Of a stretch of 64,000 nucleotides of DNA, positions 9,941 through 18,616 are shown in pieces. The DNA is from Fimbriimonadia bacterium (GTDB lineage Bacteria; Armatimonadota; Fimbriimonadia; Fimbriimonadales; JABRVX01). The number at the start of each line of letters is the position of its first letter. The stretch's first letter is position 1. The notes beneath the pieces were generated by a model. It did not search any database, was not told the DNA's origin, and saw only the letters and a program-made list of their open reading frames with translations. Position numbers and translations under genes: made by a program. Location of the stretch: the NCBI GenBank assembly GCA_041483895.1, contig JBGPGO010000001.1:352001-416000 (forward strand). The letters are read 5' to 3'.

Positions 9941-10141
9941 GTGCCCCTTCTCGTCGGTTCGCTGGCGGCATTTGTGGCATTGGCGGCCGGCATCCTGGCC
10001 GGAGTGCATTGGGAATTTGTACTCCAACGGGCTGGGATCGCCTTGGTGGTCGGTTGGTTGTTGGGCGCTATTTGGCAAGCGATCTTCGCCCAGCTGAAAC
10101 CGATTCGGACCAAGGCAAAAGAGAAGACGAGCGAAGACTAA
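9941..10141 (+). CDS. Small two-TM membrane protein
   Basis: GGGAGG SD before GTG 9941; two hydrophobic helices and a charged tail; directly upstream of the sigma factor. Confidence 0.65.
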   Translation: MPLLVGSLAAFVALAAGILAGVHWEFVLQRAGIALVVGWLLGAIWQAIFAQLKPIRTKAKEKTSED

Positions 10142-10162
10142 GAAAAGAGGACCTGACATAGC

Positions 10163-10945
10163 ATGGGGTTACAACCGCATCAGTTGCAAGATAATTGGAA
10201 GAGGTTCAAGATATATCAAGATCCGGCGGCCCGAAGCGAACTCATCGATCATTATAAATACCTGGTAAAAATCACCGCCGGGCGTGTTGTCAGCAGCCCG
10301 CCGCCGGGGCTGGATCGGGAGGACCTGGTCGGGGCGGGCGTTCAGGGGCTCATTAAAGCCATTGACCAATTCGATTTCACCCGCGCCGTCAAGTTTGAAA
10401 CCTACGCGATCGCCTTGGTTCGGGGAGCGATACTGGAAATGCTTCGGGACGAGGACTGGGTGCCGCGCTCGATTCGCGAACGGTTGAAGCTGCTGGAACG
10501 AACCCACATGGACCTGGAAGTCAAGATGGGCCGCCCGCCGCGCGAGGTCGAGGTGGCGGAGACGATGGGCTTGACCTTGGAGGACTACCACCAGCTTTTG
10601 ATCCAATTGGGACGTACCTCCTTGGCGTCTATTGACGATATTCTTTCCAGCAACGAGAACGACGACCAGCTCCGAGTTTCCGACCTGATCGAGGATCGCA
10701 CGGTCAGCCCGGAGGGAGAGGTGCACGGCCGGGAGATTCGGCGGCTGCTCACGGATTCGATTGGGAAGCTGCCGGAGCGGGAGCACCTGGTGATCTCCCT
10801 GTACTATTACGAGGGGCTGACGTTCAAAGAGATTGGCAAGGTGCTGGGAGTGTCGGAGAGCCGGGTTTACCAATTGCACACGCAGGCGATGGTTCGGCTG
10901 CGGGTCGGCCTGAGCGAGAACGTCACGATGTTCCAGCGCCAGTAA
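10163..10945 (+). CDS. fliA: FliA/WhiG family RNA polymerase sigma factor (sigma28-like)
   Basis: KFETYA...RGAILEMLRDEDWVPRSIR (region 2) and LYYYEGLTFKEIGKVLGVSESRVYQLH (region 4). Confidence 0.92.
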   Translation: MGLQPHQLQDNWKRFKIYQDPAARSELIDHYKYLVKITAGRVVSSPPPGLDREDLVGAGVQGLIKAIDQFDFTRAVKFETYAIALVRGAILEMLRDEDWVPRSIRERLKLLERTHMDLEVKMGRPPREVEVAETMGLTLEDYHQLLIQLGRTSLASIDDILSSNENDDQLRVSDLIEDRTVSPEGEVHGREIRRLLTDSIGKLPEREHLVISLYYYEGLTFKEIGKVLGVSESRVYQLHTQAMVRLRVGLSENVTMFQRQ

Positions 10946-11009
10946 CGCTGGCTTCCAGCCGGCATTGAAGACCCCCACCCCAGCCCTCCCCCGCAAGCGG
11001 GGGAGGGGG
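10942..11009. repeat. Composite palindromic repeats: GTAA-type REP (family E) plus CCCCACCC..CCTCCCCC..GGGGGAGGG element (family A)
   Basis: GTAACGCTGGCTTCCAGCCGGC (10942-10963) resembles the 47111-47224 units. CCCCCACCCCAGCCCTCCCCCGCAAGCGGGGGAGGGGG (10972-11009) resembles the copies in queG and pabB. Confidence 0.8.
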
Positions 11010-11071
11010 TGAAAGACGGCAGTGATGGAATAAGCCTCTTGAGCGGCCTGTGAACCTCTCGAGGAGGCGTG

Positions 11072-11290
11072 ATGATGTCAGTAGACGGAAGCGTCCCTAT
11101 CAACCGGGTGCAGCCGGTCCCAACCGCGCCAGCCATCCGGCCCATCGGCGACCGGCAGACCGACCGTGATGCCAAGGACCAACGTGACGAACAGGGCAAA
11201 GCGCTCGTTGAGGTCATTGACGAGGAAGCCGATGAGCCTGACCCGGAAGAAGCCCCGATAGAAGAACCGCACCTGGACATCACGACCTAA
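11072..11290 (+). CDS. Small acidic hypothetical protein
   Basis: GGAGG SD; in line between fliA and the next gene; ends in HLDITT. Confidence 0.6.
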   Translation: MMSVDGSVPINRVQPVPTAPAIRPIGDRQTDRDAKDQRDEQGKALVEVIDEEADEPDPEEAPIEEPHLDITT

Positions 11291-11310
11291 ACACCCGACA
11301 GATTCCCAGA

Positions 11311-11703
11311 ATGACCGAAATTCTGTTCGTCGGACAGCTTCTCTTGCTTCTGGCTGGGTGGTTTTTGTACCAAAAGGCACAGCAGGAACTTCGCGCGGAG
11401 GTTCGCAAGTACTCCATAAGCGCGGAGGTCGATGATCTCCGGCGCACGGTAGACGAGCTATTGAGTAAACTGGTCGGCGACGCGGAGCGGGTGAGGCGAG
11501 AGCTGGACGCCCGCAGCGCCGTGCCGGAGGCCAATGCCAAGGCGGTCGTGTTCGCTCTGGCGGACCAAGGGCGTAAACCGGGCGCAATCGCCGGGGAAAC
11601 AGGCCTCACGGTGGGCGAAATCGAGTTGATGCTCGATATTAGGAATTATGGGGGAAACGCTGCGGCCTACGGCCCTGGAGCGACCCAGGAGGAAACGATT
11701 TGA
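11311..11703 (+). CDS. SwrB/DUF6115-like protein (TM, coiled coil, C-terminal HTH-like)
   Basis: N-terminal TM; C-terminal LADQGRKPGAIAGETGLTVGEIELML; located downstream of a sigma28 gene. Confidence 0.6.
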   Translation: MTEILFVGQLLLLLAGWFLYQKAQQELRAEVRKYSISAEVDDLRRTVDELLSKLVGDAERVRRELDARSAVPEANAKAVVFALADQGRKPGAIAGETGLTVGEIELMLDIRNYGGNAAAYGPGATQEETI

Positions 11704-12797
11704 GACAGTTGAGACCATGTGCGGCCCTGCTGAGCCTTTTGGTTCTGGCGGCCTTCATTGCGGCAGGGTGCGAAAAAGAGGATGTCCTGGCCACCGTCAA
11801 CGGGGAGAAAATCATGCGGGACGCTTGGCGGCGGAAAGCCGAGCTGGCGGGAGAACGCTATGCCACTTGGCTGCAGCAGCGGGCACAGGCAGGCCAGCCG
11901 CTTTACCCGGTGGGCTATTACGCTCTCGATCAATTGATCCTCGAAAAGATATTGTATCAGTTGGCGAAAACAGAAGGCGTTACCGCGACGCCTCAAGAGG
12001 TCGAAGACTATCTGCAGCGCGCCATCCGCAAAAAGTCAAGCTTCCTCGACGACCAAAAGATGCTCGGTCGCAATAAGCAGAGCATCAAAGACGAAATTCG
12101 GGCAGAGCTAACAAGATTCAACCTCCAAACAAAAGGAGTGAAGGTCTCGGATGCAGAGGTCGATGAGTACATAAAGCTCCATCCGGAAGACTTTACCTAT
12201 CCGGCCGTTGTCACCTTCCGCATCATCGCGGTAAAGAACAAGGAGGACGAGGCCGCGGTCGATAAGGACCTGCAGTCCGGCATGACTTTTGCCATGGTGG
12301 CAACGAACCGCTCAGAAGACGACAGCAAAAAAGTTGGTGGACTGACACCCCAGAAGATTATCAAGCAGCTTCCGGCGGAAATCCAGCAGATCGTTGCGGA
12401 AACTCCTGTCGGGAAATACTATACCGGCGGCCCGCCCGAAAGCCACGGATGGCAACAGGTTCGAGAAGGTTACTTGCGCCTGTACATCGACAGCAAAAAT
12501 CCCGAACAATACACTGCGCCCAATGCCGATCAAAAGTGGCTGGTTAAGCGCTCGATGATGCAGCAGAAGGCGGCGGACCAGTCGGAATTTCAGGACAAGC
12601 TGGTAGACGCCGTTACATCTGCCAAAGTAGAAGTGAATGAAACCTACCTTGCCACCATGTGGAAAGGCGATGCCAAGATGCGCGTGGAATTCCTGAAGCA
12701 GCAGAAGCAAAAGGAGAAGGCCGCCGAAACGTCCGGCAAAGCGGATGTGACGGGTGGCACGACCGGCATTGTCCCCGACTCTTCGGGCAAGAAGTAA
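11700..12797 (+). CDS. PrsA/SurA-like peptidyl-prolyl isomerase lipoprotein
   Basis: Lipobox AAGC, VLATVNGEKI, parvulin-like GMTFAMVATNRSEDDSKKVGG. Confidence 0.8.
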   Translation: MRQLRPCAALLSLLVLAAFIAAGCEKEDVLATVNGEKIMRDAWRRKAELAGERYATWLQQRAQAGQPLYPVGYYALDQLILEKILYQLAKTEGVTATPQEVEDYLQRAIRKKSSFLDDQKMLGRNKQSIKDEIRAELTRFNLQTKGVKVSDAEVDEYIKLHPEDFTYPAVVTFRIIAVKNKEDEAAVDKDLQSGMTFAMVATNRSEDDSKKVGGLTPQKIIKQLPAEIQQIVAETPVGKYYTGGPPESHGWQQVREGYLRLYIDSKNPEQYTAPNADQKWLVKRSMMQQKAADQSEFQDKLVDAVTSAKVEVNETYLATMWKGDAKMRVEFLKQQKQKEKAAETSGKADVTGGTTGIVPDSSGKK

Positions 12798-12801
12798 TTC
12801 A

Positions 12802-14229
12802 ATGCGCTTGCGGCTGATCGGTTTGGGCCCTGGAGGCGACCTTCCGGCCGCGGCCATTGAAGCCTGCCGATCCGCTCACGCCGTCCTGGTTCGAACGGAG
12901 ATTCATCCCGGGGTCGAGCAGTTGCGCGCCCATGGGATTGCGTTTGAAACGGCGGACGATCTATATCAATCAGCCGCAGGCTTCGACGACCTGTACCCGC
13001 GTATTGCCGAAAGGGTCCTGTCGCTGCTCGAGCATCACCGCGATGTTGCCTACGCTGTTCCCGGTCATCCGCTCTTTGGGGAACGGTCCTGCCGGCTGCT
13101 GATAGCGGAATGCAGATCGCGGGGAATCGATGTAGCGATCGTTGGCGGAAAAGACTTTGTCACGGCCACACTCGAAGCCGTCGGAGAGCCGTTTTCCGGG
13201 CACCTGCAGATTCTGAACGCGTACGAGGTGGCTTCTTTCCGGCCTGACCCCCGCGCGCCGTGTCTCATCTATCAACTGGATAGCAAGGAGGCGGCATCGG
13301 AAGCAAAGCTGGCGCTGATGAAGGCGTTCCCAGACGAACATCCGGTGCGTCTCGTGATCGATGGGGCCTCGGCGGCGGAACGCGTGGTGGAAACGCCCCT
13401 CTACGAGTTGGACCATCTGGACTTCAATCCGCGATGCAGCCTCTACGTCCCCGCTTTGGATTTGGCGCGTCCGCCGGGGTTTTATGGATTGGTCGAGGTC
13501 GTGTCGCGGCTGCGCGGTCCCGGCGGCTGCCCCTGGGACATCGAGCAGACTCACGAAACGCTGAAGACCCATCTGGTAGAGGAGAGCTATGAGGTCTTGG
13601 AGGCGATCGACGCGGACGACCCTGGCAAGTTGTGCGAGGAGCTGGGCGACTTCCTGCTCCAGGCGCTGATGCACGCGCAGATCGACAGCGAAGAGGGTCT
13701 CTATGATATTGATGACGTGATTGCCGGGCAGACGGAGAAGCTGGTCCGGCGGCATCCGCACGTGTTTGCGGACCTCTCCGTGGACGGGGTGGATGAGGTG
13801 CTGAAGAACTGGGACAGGATCAAGTCGCATGAGAAGGGCGGCGAGCCGGCATCGGCATTGGCGGGAGTTCCGAAGTCGCTGCCTTCCCTGCTTCGGGCGT
13901 TCGAGGTTTCCAAGCGGGCGGCGCGTCTGGGGTTCGACTGGCCTTCGTTAGAGTCGGTGTTGGAGAAAGTGGAAGAGGAGCTGGCGGAGGTCCGATCTGC
14001 CCCACCTGACCGGCTGGCCGCGGAGATTGGGGATTTGTTGTTCGCCGCCGCCAACGTCGCCCGCAAGGCCGGGGTGGAACCGGAAGAGGCCCTGCGGCAA
14101 ATGGTGCATCGGTTCACTTCGCGGTTCACATATATGGAACAACAGTTAGCAGGCCGCGATCCGCATGCCCTGACGGCGGATGAGTGGGAGACGCTTTGGC
14201 AAGAGGCCAAAAAGGCTGCCGGCGGCTAG
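12802..14229 (+). CDS. mazG: YabN-type tetrapyrrole-methylase-like/MazG nucleoside triphosphate pyrophosphohydrolase
   Basis: LIGLGPG, YAVPGHP, RLRGPGGCPWD, EESYEV, EELGD, EIGDLLF. Confidence 0.92.
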   Translation: MRLRLIGLGPGGDLPAAAIEACRSAHAVLVRTEIHPGVEQLRAHGIAFETADDLYQSAAGFDDLYPRIAERVLSLLEHHRDVAYAVPGHPLFGERSCRLLIAECRSRGIDVAIVGGKDFVTATLEAVGEPFSGHLQILNAYEVASFRPDPRAPCLIYQLDSKEAASEAKLALMKAFPDEHPVRLVIDGASAAERVVETPLYELDHLDFNPRCSLYVPALDLARPPGFYGLVEVVSRLRGPGGCPWDIEQTHETLKTHLVEESYEVLEAIDADDPGKLCEELGDFLLQALMHAQIDSEEGLYDIDDVIAGQTEKLVRRHPHVFADLSVDGVDEVLKNWDRIKSHEKGGEPASALAGVPKSLPSLLRAFEVSKRAARLGFDWPSLESVLEKVEEELAEVRSAPPDRLAAEIGDLLFAAANVARKAGVEPEEALRQMVHRFTSRFTYMEQQLAGRDPHALTADEWETLWQEAKKAAGG

Positions 14230-14241
14230 TGCTGCCTCTCT

Positions 14242-14363
14242 ATCCCTTCGCGGTCGCACGACAAAGGTCAATATCATATCCCTTCACAGTCGCACTGTGA
14301 AGGGCCGTTCGGACGGATCGATGCCTTGACAGCCGCCCCTTCACAGTGCGACTGTGAAGGGAT
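14242..14363. repeat. Cluster of family B palindromes (CCCTTCACAGTCGCACTGTGAAGGG)
   Basis: Copies at 14280-14304 and, inverted, 14337-14361; degenerate copy at 14242-14267. Confidence 0.85.
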
Positions 14364-14375
14364 GGGAACGTCTAG

Positions 14376-14804
14376 CTAGGCCGTCTTCTTTTCCGACATT
14401 GGTGTTGCGTCTTTGACCGCACCAAATGTGCTGCCCGACTCCAGCGCGGTTGCACCAGATTGTAGAATGTCGTTGAGCAGGGCATTAAGGCTGACACCCT
14501 CTTGTTCTGCCAGCCGATCGAGTCGGTAGTGCAAGGACTTCGTCAGTCGCAGCGTGACGCGTCCACTGAAATCGGTCGATGGCATGGTCGAATACGGGAC
14601 CGGCATATTGGCAATTGGTTCGTCCGAGTATAGGTCTTCTGCCAACTCAGCCAAATCTTGGACCGCGTCGACTGGAGTTGGACCGTATCCGGAAGCCGAA
14701 AATGCCAACTCTTTGTAGATCGCCTTGTATCCCCCGCCATCTTCTTCAGGCAGCGGCGTGACCTCTACAGTGTATTTCGCGAGCAATTCTATTGTCGGCG
14801 TCAT
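14376..14804 (-). CDS. hicB: HicB-family antitoxin
   Basis: LPEEDGGGY...SGYGPTPVDAV partial RNase H-like fold, and an RHH-type FSGRVTLRLTKSLHYRL..AEQEGVSLN tail. Confidence 0.85.
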   Translation of the reverse strand: MTPTIELLAKYTVEVTPLPEEDGGGYKAIYKELAFSASGYGPTPVDAVQDLAELAEDLYSDEPIANMPVPYSTMPSTDFSGRVTLRLTKSLHYRLDRLAEQEGVSLNALLNDILQSGATALESGSTFGAVKDATPMSEKKTA

Positions 14805-15061
14805 TCAGATACCCCTAACCAGTCGAGGGCCTTGAGAATGTCTCTAATCGCGATGGCGTGGATTTCACCTTGATGCCCAAATGCGTGAGCATTAATAGGG
14901 ACATAACCAGGTCTCGGGAGGCCTTTGTGATGGGCTTTCCAATGACCTTTCTTGGTTTGTTCCAAAACAAATCCGAATCTCTCAAGTTCCCTCTTTACAT
15001 TGGCGATCTTGTGCCCGGTGCGGGCTCCCGATCGCCAAGCTTCTATAAGGTTCTTTTTCAT
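14801..15061 (-). CDS. hicA: HicA-like toxin (dsRBD-fold mRNA interferase)
   Basis: 86 aa, basic, LERFGF...KKGHW motif; its stop overlaps the hicB start. Confidence 0.7.
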   Translation of the reverse strand: MKKNLIEAWRSGARTGHKIANVKRELERFGFVLEQTKKGHWKAHHKGLPRPGYVPINAHAFGHQGEIHAIAIRDILKALDWLGVSE

Positions 15062-15071
15062 TATAGCACAT

Positions 15072-15091
15072 TGACACCATATATGGTGTCA
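15072..15091. promoter_or_regulatory. Perfect 20-bp palindrome, probable HicB operator
   Basis: TGACACCATATATGGTGTCA, 10 nt upstream of the hicA start. Confidence 0.65.
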
Positions 15092-15202
15092 CTTTAGTCT
15101 CAATTCTGAGTATTTACGCGGCTGTGAAATCTACGATACCTTACATAAACGGCTCCAACTGACCGAAGGGTAAAATAGGCAACCATCCCCAAGGAGACCT
15201 CT

Positions 15203-17857
15203 TTGAGTACCAAACGCGTTTATCTGTTCCACGAAGGCGATGCCACCATGCGAGACCTGCTGGGAGGCAAGGGCGCCAACCTGTGCGAGATGACCAACAT
15301 CGGCCTGCCCGTTCCGCCCGGCTTTGTCATCACCACCGACGCCTGTCGCGAATCGCTGTCGCTGGGCCGCCTGCCGGACGGACTGATGGATGAGGTCCGC
15401 GCCGCTCTGGCCGAAGTGGAAAAGGCCCTGGACAAGCGGCTCGGCGATCCGAATTCCCCGCTCCTGGTCTCCGTGCGGTCCGGCTCCAAGTTTTCTATGC
15501 CCGGGATGATGGACACGATTTTGAACTTGGGTCTCAACAGCGCGACGGTCGATTCCATTGCGCGCCTCACGGACAACGAACGCTTTGCCTACGACGCCTA
15601 TCGCCGATTTATCATGATGTTCAGCTGTGTGGTTCTCAACATCCCGAAAGCCAAGTTCGAGCAGCGGTTCGAGGCGATGAAAGAGTCGCTGGGGGTTCAC
15701 CAAGATACGGAAGTCGGAGCATCTGACCTTCGAAAGCTAAGCGAGGAGTTTTTGCGGATCGTCCAGACCGAATCGGGCAAGCCGTTCCCGGACGACCCAG
15801 TGAAGCAGCTTGAGATGGCGGTGGGGTCGGTATTCGAAAGCTGGAACAACGAGCGCGCGATTATCTACCGGCGCAAAGAGAACATCCCGGATGCATTGGG
15901 CACGGCATGCAGCGTGCAGGCGATGGTGTTCGGCAATATGGGGGACGACTGCGGGACCGGCGTGGCCTTTACCAGGGACGTCGCGACTGGTGAGAATGCG
16001 CTGTACGGCGAGTTCCTGGTCAACGCCCAGGGCGAGGACGTGGTCGCGGGCATTCGCACGCCGCTAAAGATCGCCGAATTGCGCGACAAGATGCCGGAGA
16101 TCTATCAGCAGTTTGTAGAGATCGGACAGCGGTTGGAACAGCACTATCGGGACGTGATGGATTTGGAGTTCACGATAGAAAAGGGGCGCCTATTTATGCT
16201 GCAGTGCCGCGTGGGCAAGCGGACCGGCCCGGCGGCGGTGCGCATCGCGGTGGAGATGGCCAACGACGGTCTGATCAGCCGGGAAGAGGCAATTCTCCGC
16301 GTCGAGCCCAACCGGTTGAACGAGCTGCTCCACCCGCGCATCGATCTGTCCAAAGGTGAGCGGCCGATCGCCAAAGGACTGCCCGCGTCGCCGGGCGCGG
16401 CGTCCGGCGTGTGCGTCTTCAACTCGCACCGAGCGGAAGAGATGGGCAAGGGCCAGCCGCTGATTTTGGTGCGGCAAGAGACCAACCCCGACGATATCCG
16501 CGGGATGCTGGTTTCCAAAGGAATTCTTACGCAGCGTGGAGGCATGACGAGCCACGCGGCGGTTGTGGCGCGCGGTTTCGGCGTGCCGTGCGTCGCCGGG
16601 TGCGAGGCGATCAACGTGGACGAAGATTCGGACACAATGACGGCAGGCAGTAAGACGTTCAAAGAGGGCGACTGGATCACGATTGACGGATCGTCCGGCG
16701 CTGTCTATGCCGGGCAGATTCCGACCGTGGCAGCGGAGATTTCCGGCCAGATGGCGACGCTGCTTGGCTGGGCGGACGGGTTCCGCCGGCTGGGAGTGCG
16801 GGCCAACGCGGACAATCCGACCGACGCGGCGCGCGCGGTGGAGTTCGGCGCTGAGGGTATCGGATTATGCCGCACGGAGCACATGTTCTTCCAAGATCGA
16901 TTGCCCATCATGCAGCATATGATCTTGGCGGAGACGGAAGACGACCGGCGCGTGGCGCTGGCCAAGCTGCTGCCGTTCCAAAGAGAAGATTTCGTCGGCA
17001 TCTTCCGAGCGATGGCTGCCAAGCCGGTGACGATTCGCCTCTTGGACCCGCCGCTGCATGAATTCCTTCCGCAGCATTCGGAATTGGTTGAGGAAGTAAC
17101 AGAATTGCGCGTGCGCGGCAATGACCCGGCGAAGTTGGCGGAGCGGGAGGCGCTGCTGGAAAAAGTGGAGGGGATGCGCGAGGCCAACCCGATGCTCGGG
17201 TTGCGCGGCGTGCGCCTTTCGATTCTTTTCCCGGAGATTGTCGAGGTGCAGGTGACGGCGATTCTGGAGGCGGCGATCCACGTGCAAAAAGAGGGGATCG
17301 AGGTGTTGCCGGAGATCATGATCCCATTGGTGGGCCATGTCAATGAATTGAAATTTGTGCGCGAGAAGTTGGAAGCGGTGGTTCAGACAGTGCTGGCGCA
17401 GAACGACGCGCGGGTGGACTACAAGTTCGGCACCATGATCGAGCTGCCGCGCGCCTGCCTTACCGCCGATGAGATAGCGCCGTATGCCGAGTTCTTCAGC
17501 TTCGGCACAAACGACTTGACGCAGACCACGTTCGGTTTCAGCCGCGACGACGCGGAGGGCAAGTTCTTGGAGCGCTACACCGATCAAGGCATCCTGCCGG
17601 TCAACCCGTTTGCGGAACTGGATGAGGCGGGGGTTGGGAAGCTGGTCAAGATGACCGTAGAGCTGGGGAACGCCGCGAATCCGGGCATCAAGATGGGTAT
17701 CTGCGGCGAGCACGGCGGCGATCCGGCGTCCATAGATTTCTGCCACCGCGTCGGCCTCACGTATGTCAGTTGTTCGCCCTTCCGCGTCCCCATCGCCCGC
17801 CTCGCCGCCGCACAGTCCGCGTTGCGATCGCGGGTCAGCGTGACTGTGGATAAGTAA
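15203..17857 (+). CDS. ppdK: Pyruvate, phosphate dikinase
   Basis: LLGGKGANL, SMPGMMDT, GGMTSHAAVVAR (phospho-His), GICGEHGGDP; AAGGAG SD before TTG. Confidence 0.97.
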   Translation: MSTKRVYLFHEGDATMRDLLGGKGANLCEMTNIGLPVPPGFVITTDACRESLSLGRLPDGLMDEVRAALAEVEKALDKRLGDPNSPLLVSVRSGSKFSMPGMMDTILNLGLNSATVDSIARLTDNERFAYDAYRRFIMMFSCVVLNIPKAKFEQRFEAMKESLGVHQDTEVGASDLRKLSEEFLRIVQTESGKPFPDDPVKQLEMAVGSVFESWNNERAIIYRRKENIPDALGTACSVQAMVFGNMGDDCGTGVAFTRDVATGENALYGEFLVNAQGEDVVAGIRTPLKIAELRDKMPEIYQQFVEIGQRLEQHYRDVMDLEFTIEKGRLFMLQCRVGKRTGPAAVRIAVEMANDGLISREEAILRVEPNRLNELLHPRIDLSKGERPIAKGLPASPGAASGVCVFNSHRAEEMGKGQPLILVRQETNPDDIRGMLVSKGILTQRGGMTSHAAVVARGFGVPCVAGCEAINVDEDSDTMTAGSKTFKEGDWITIDGSSGAVYAGQIPTVAAEISGQMATLLGWADGFRRLGVRANADNPTDAARAVEFGAEGIGLCRTEHMFFQDRLPIMQHMILAETEDDRRVALAKLLPFQREDFVGIFRAMAAKPVTIRLLDPPLHEFLPQHSELVEEVTELRVRGNDPAKLAEREALLEKVEGMREANPMLGLRGVRLSILFPEIVEVQVTAILEAAIHVQKEGIEVLPEIMIPLVGHVNELKFVREKLEAVVQTVLAQNDARVDYKFGTMIELPRACLTADEIAPYAEFFSFGTNDLTQTTFGFSRDDAEGKFLERYTDQGILPVNPFAELDEAGVGKLVKMTVELGNAANPGIKMGICGEHGGDPASIDFCHRVGLTYVSCSPFRVPIARLAAAQSALRSRVSVTVDK

Positions 17858-17863
17858 CGTCGA

Positions 17864-18472
17864 TCGGGGATAACGGAAGTGGCCGGAGATGGGCCATTTT
17901 GCGAGGCAGTCCTCTTCCGCGATACCGCCTAGGTTGTGAATGACGTACGGCAAGTCGTGGGAGTTGAGCTTGTTGGACAGAACGCCGCAATGATCCAGGC
18001 CGCTGTCCAGCTTCCAATAGACAATGTCACCTGGCTGCCACACCGATTTATCATCGAATCTTGTGGTCAGTTCTTGGCCGTGGTGAGTGAAGAACACCAT
18101 CTGATTGGGGACCCGGCGATGGTCGATGTTTGCGTCCGGGGCGACAGTCGAACCCACCAGCGGATATAGCGCTAGATGATTTGTTTTGTCTTCGAAAATG
18201 AGGCTTTGAAGGTCCAACCCGCAGCCACGAAGGGCACGGATCACCACGTCTGTGCACACGCCGCGATCGCGCGGCAGGTCTCCGTTCGGGTACTCGATCT
18301 TCACATAGCCGGGGGAATATCTCGTCTTCCAAGTCAGCTCTTCCCGCGCCGCAGCCAGTATTCTCCGAGCAGATGGGGTGAGTGAATCTGGCGCTAAAGT
18401 CGTCGTCGCACCGTCGTGTTGGCGGCAAGATGCTGCCATAAGAGCAATCCATATTGTTAAGACCAGCCGCAT
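17864..18472 (-). CDS. DUF1287 family lipoprotein; no stop at the expected end, and the frame stays open to 16865
   Basis: YPNGDLP..RGVCTDVVIRA, DANIDHRRVPN, WQPGDIV, HNLG, GHFRYP; lipobox AASC. The end coordinate is the inferred ancestral end. Confidence 0.8.
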
Positions 18473-18616
18473 GGCTGAATGGTACCGTGTTTCGACATTC
18501 CACCCGAGGAGGCATCTGGTGTGCATTGCAGATACGATGCTGGCTCAAGTCTGATTCTGAACTTTGGAGTCGTTTTCCGCTAGCAGATTTCTTCTGCTAT
18601 GGATACAATACCTCTA

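Noticed and set aside
14242..14363. Mini-CRISPR array of family B palindromes
   Set aside because: Copies are in opposite orientations and dispersed elsewhere in the window.
17845..17853. DnaA box (TGTGGATAA; TTATCCACA also at 35951)
   Set aside because: Isolated single boxes inside coding sequence; no oriC-like cluster.
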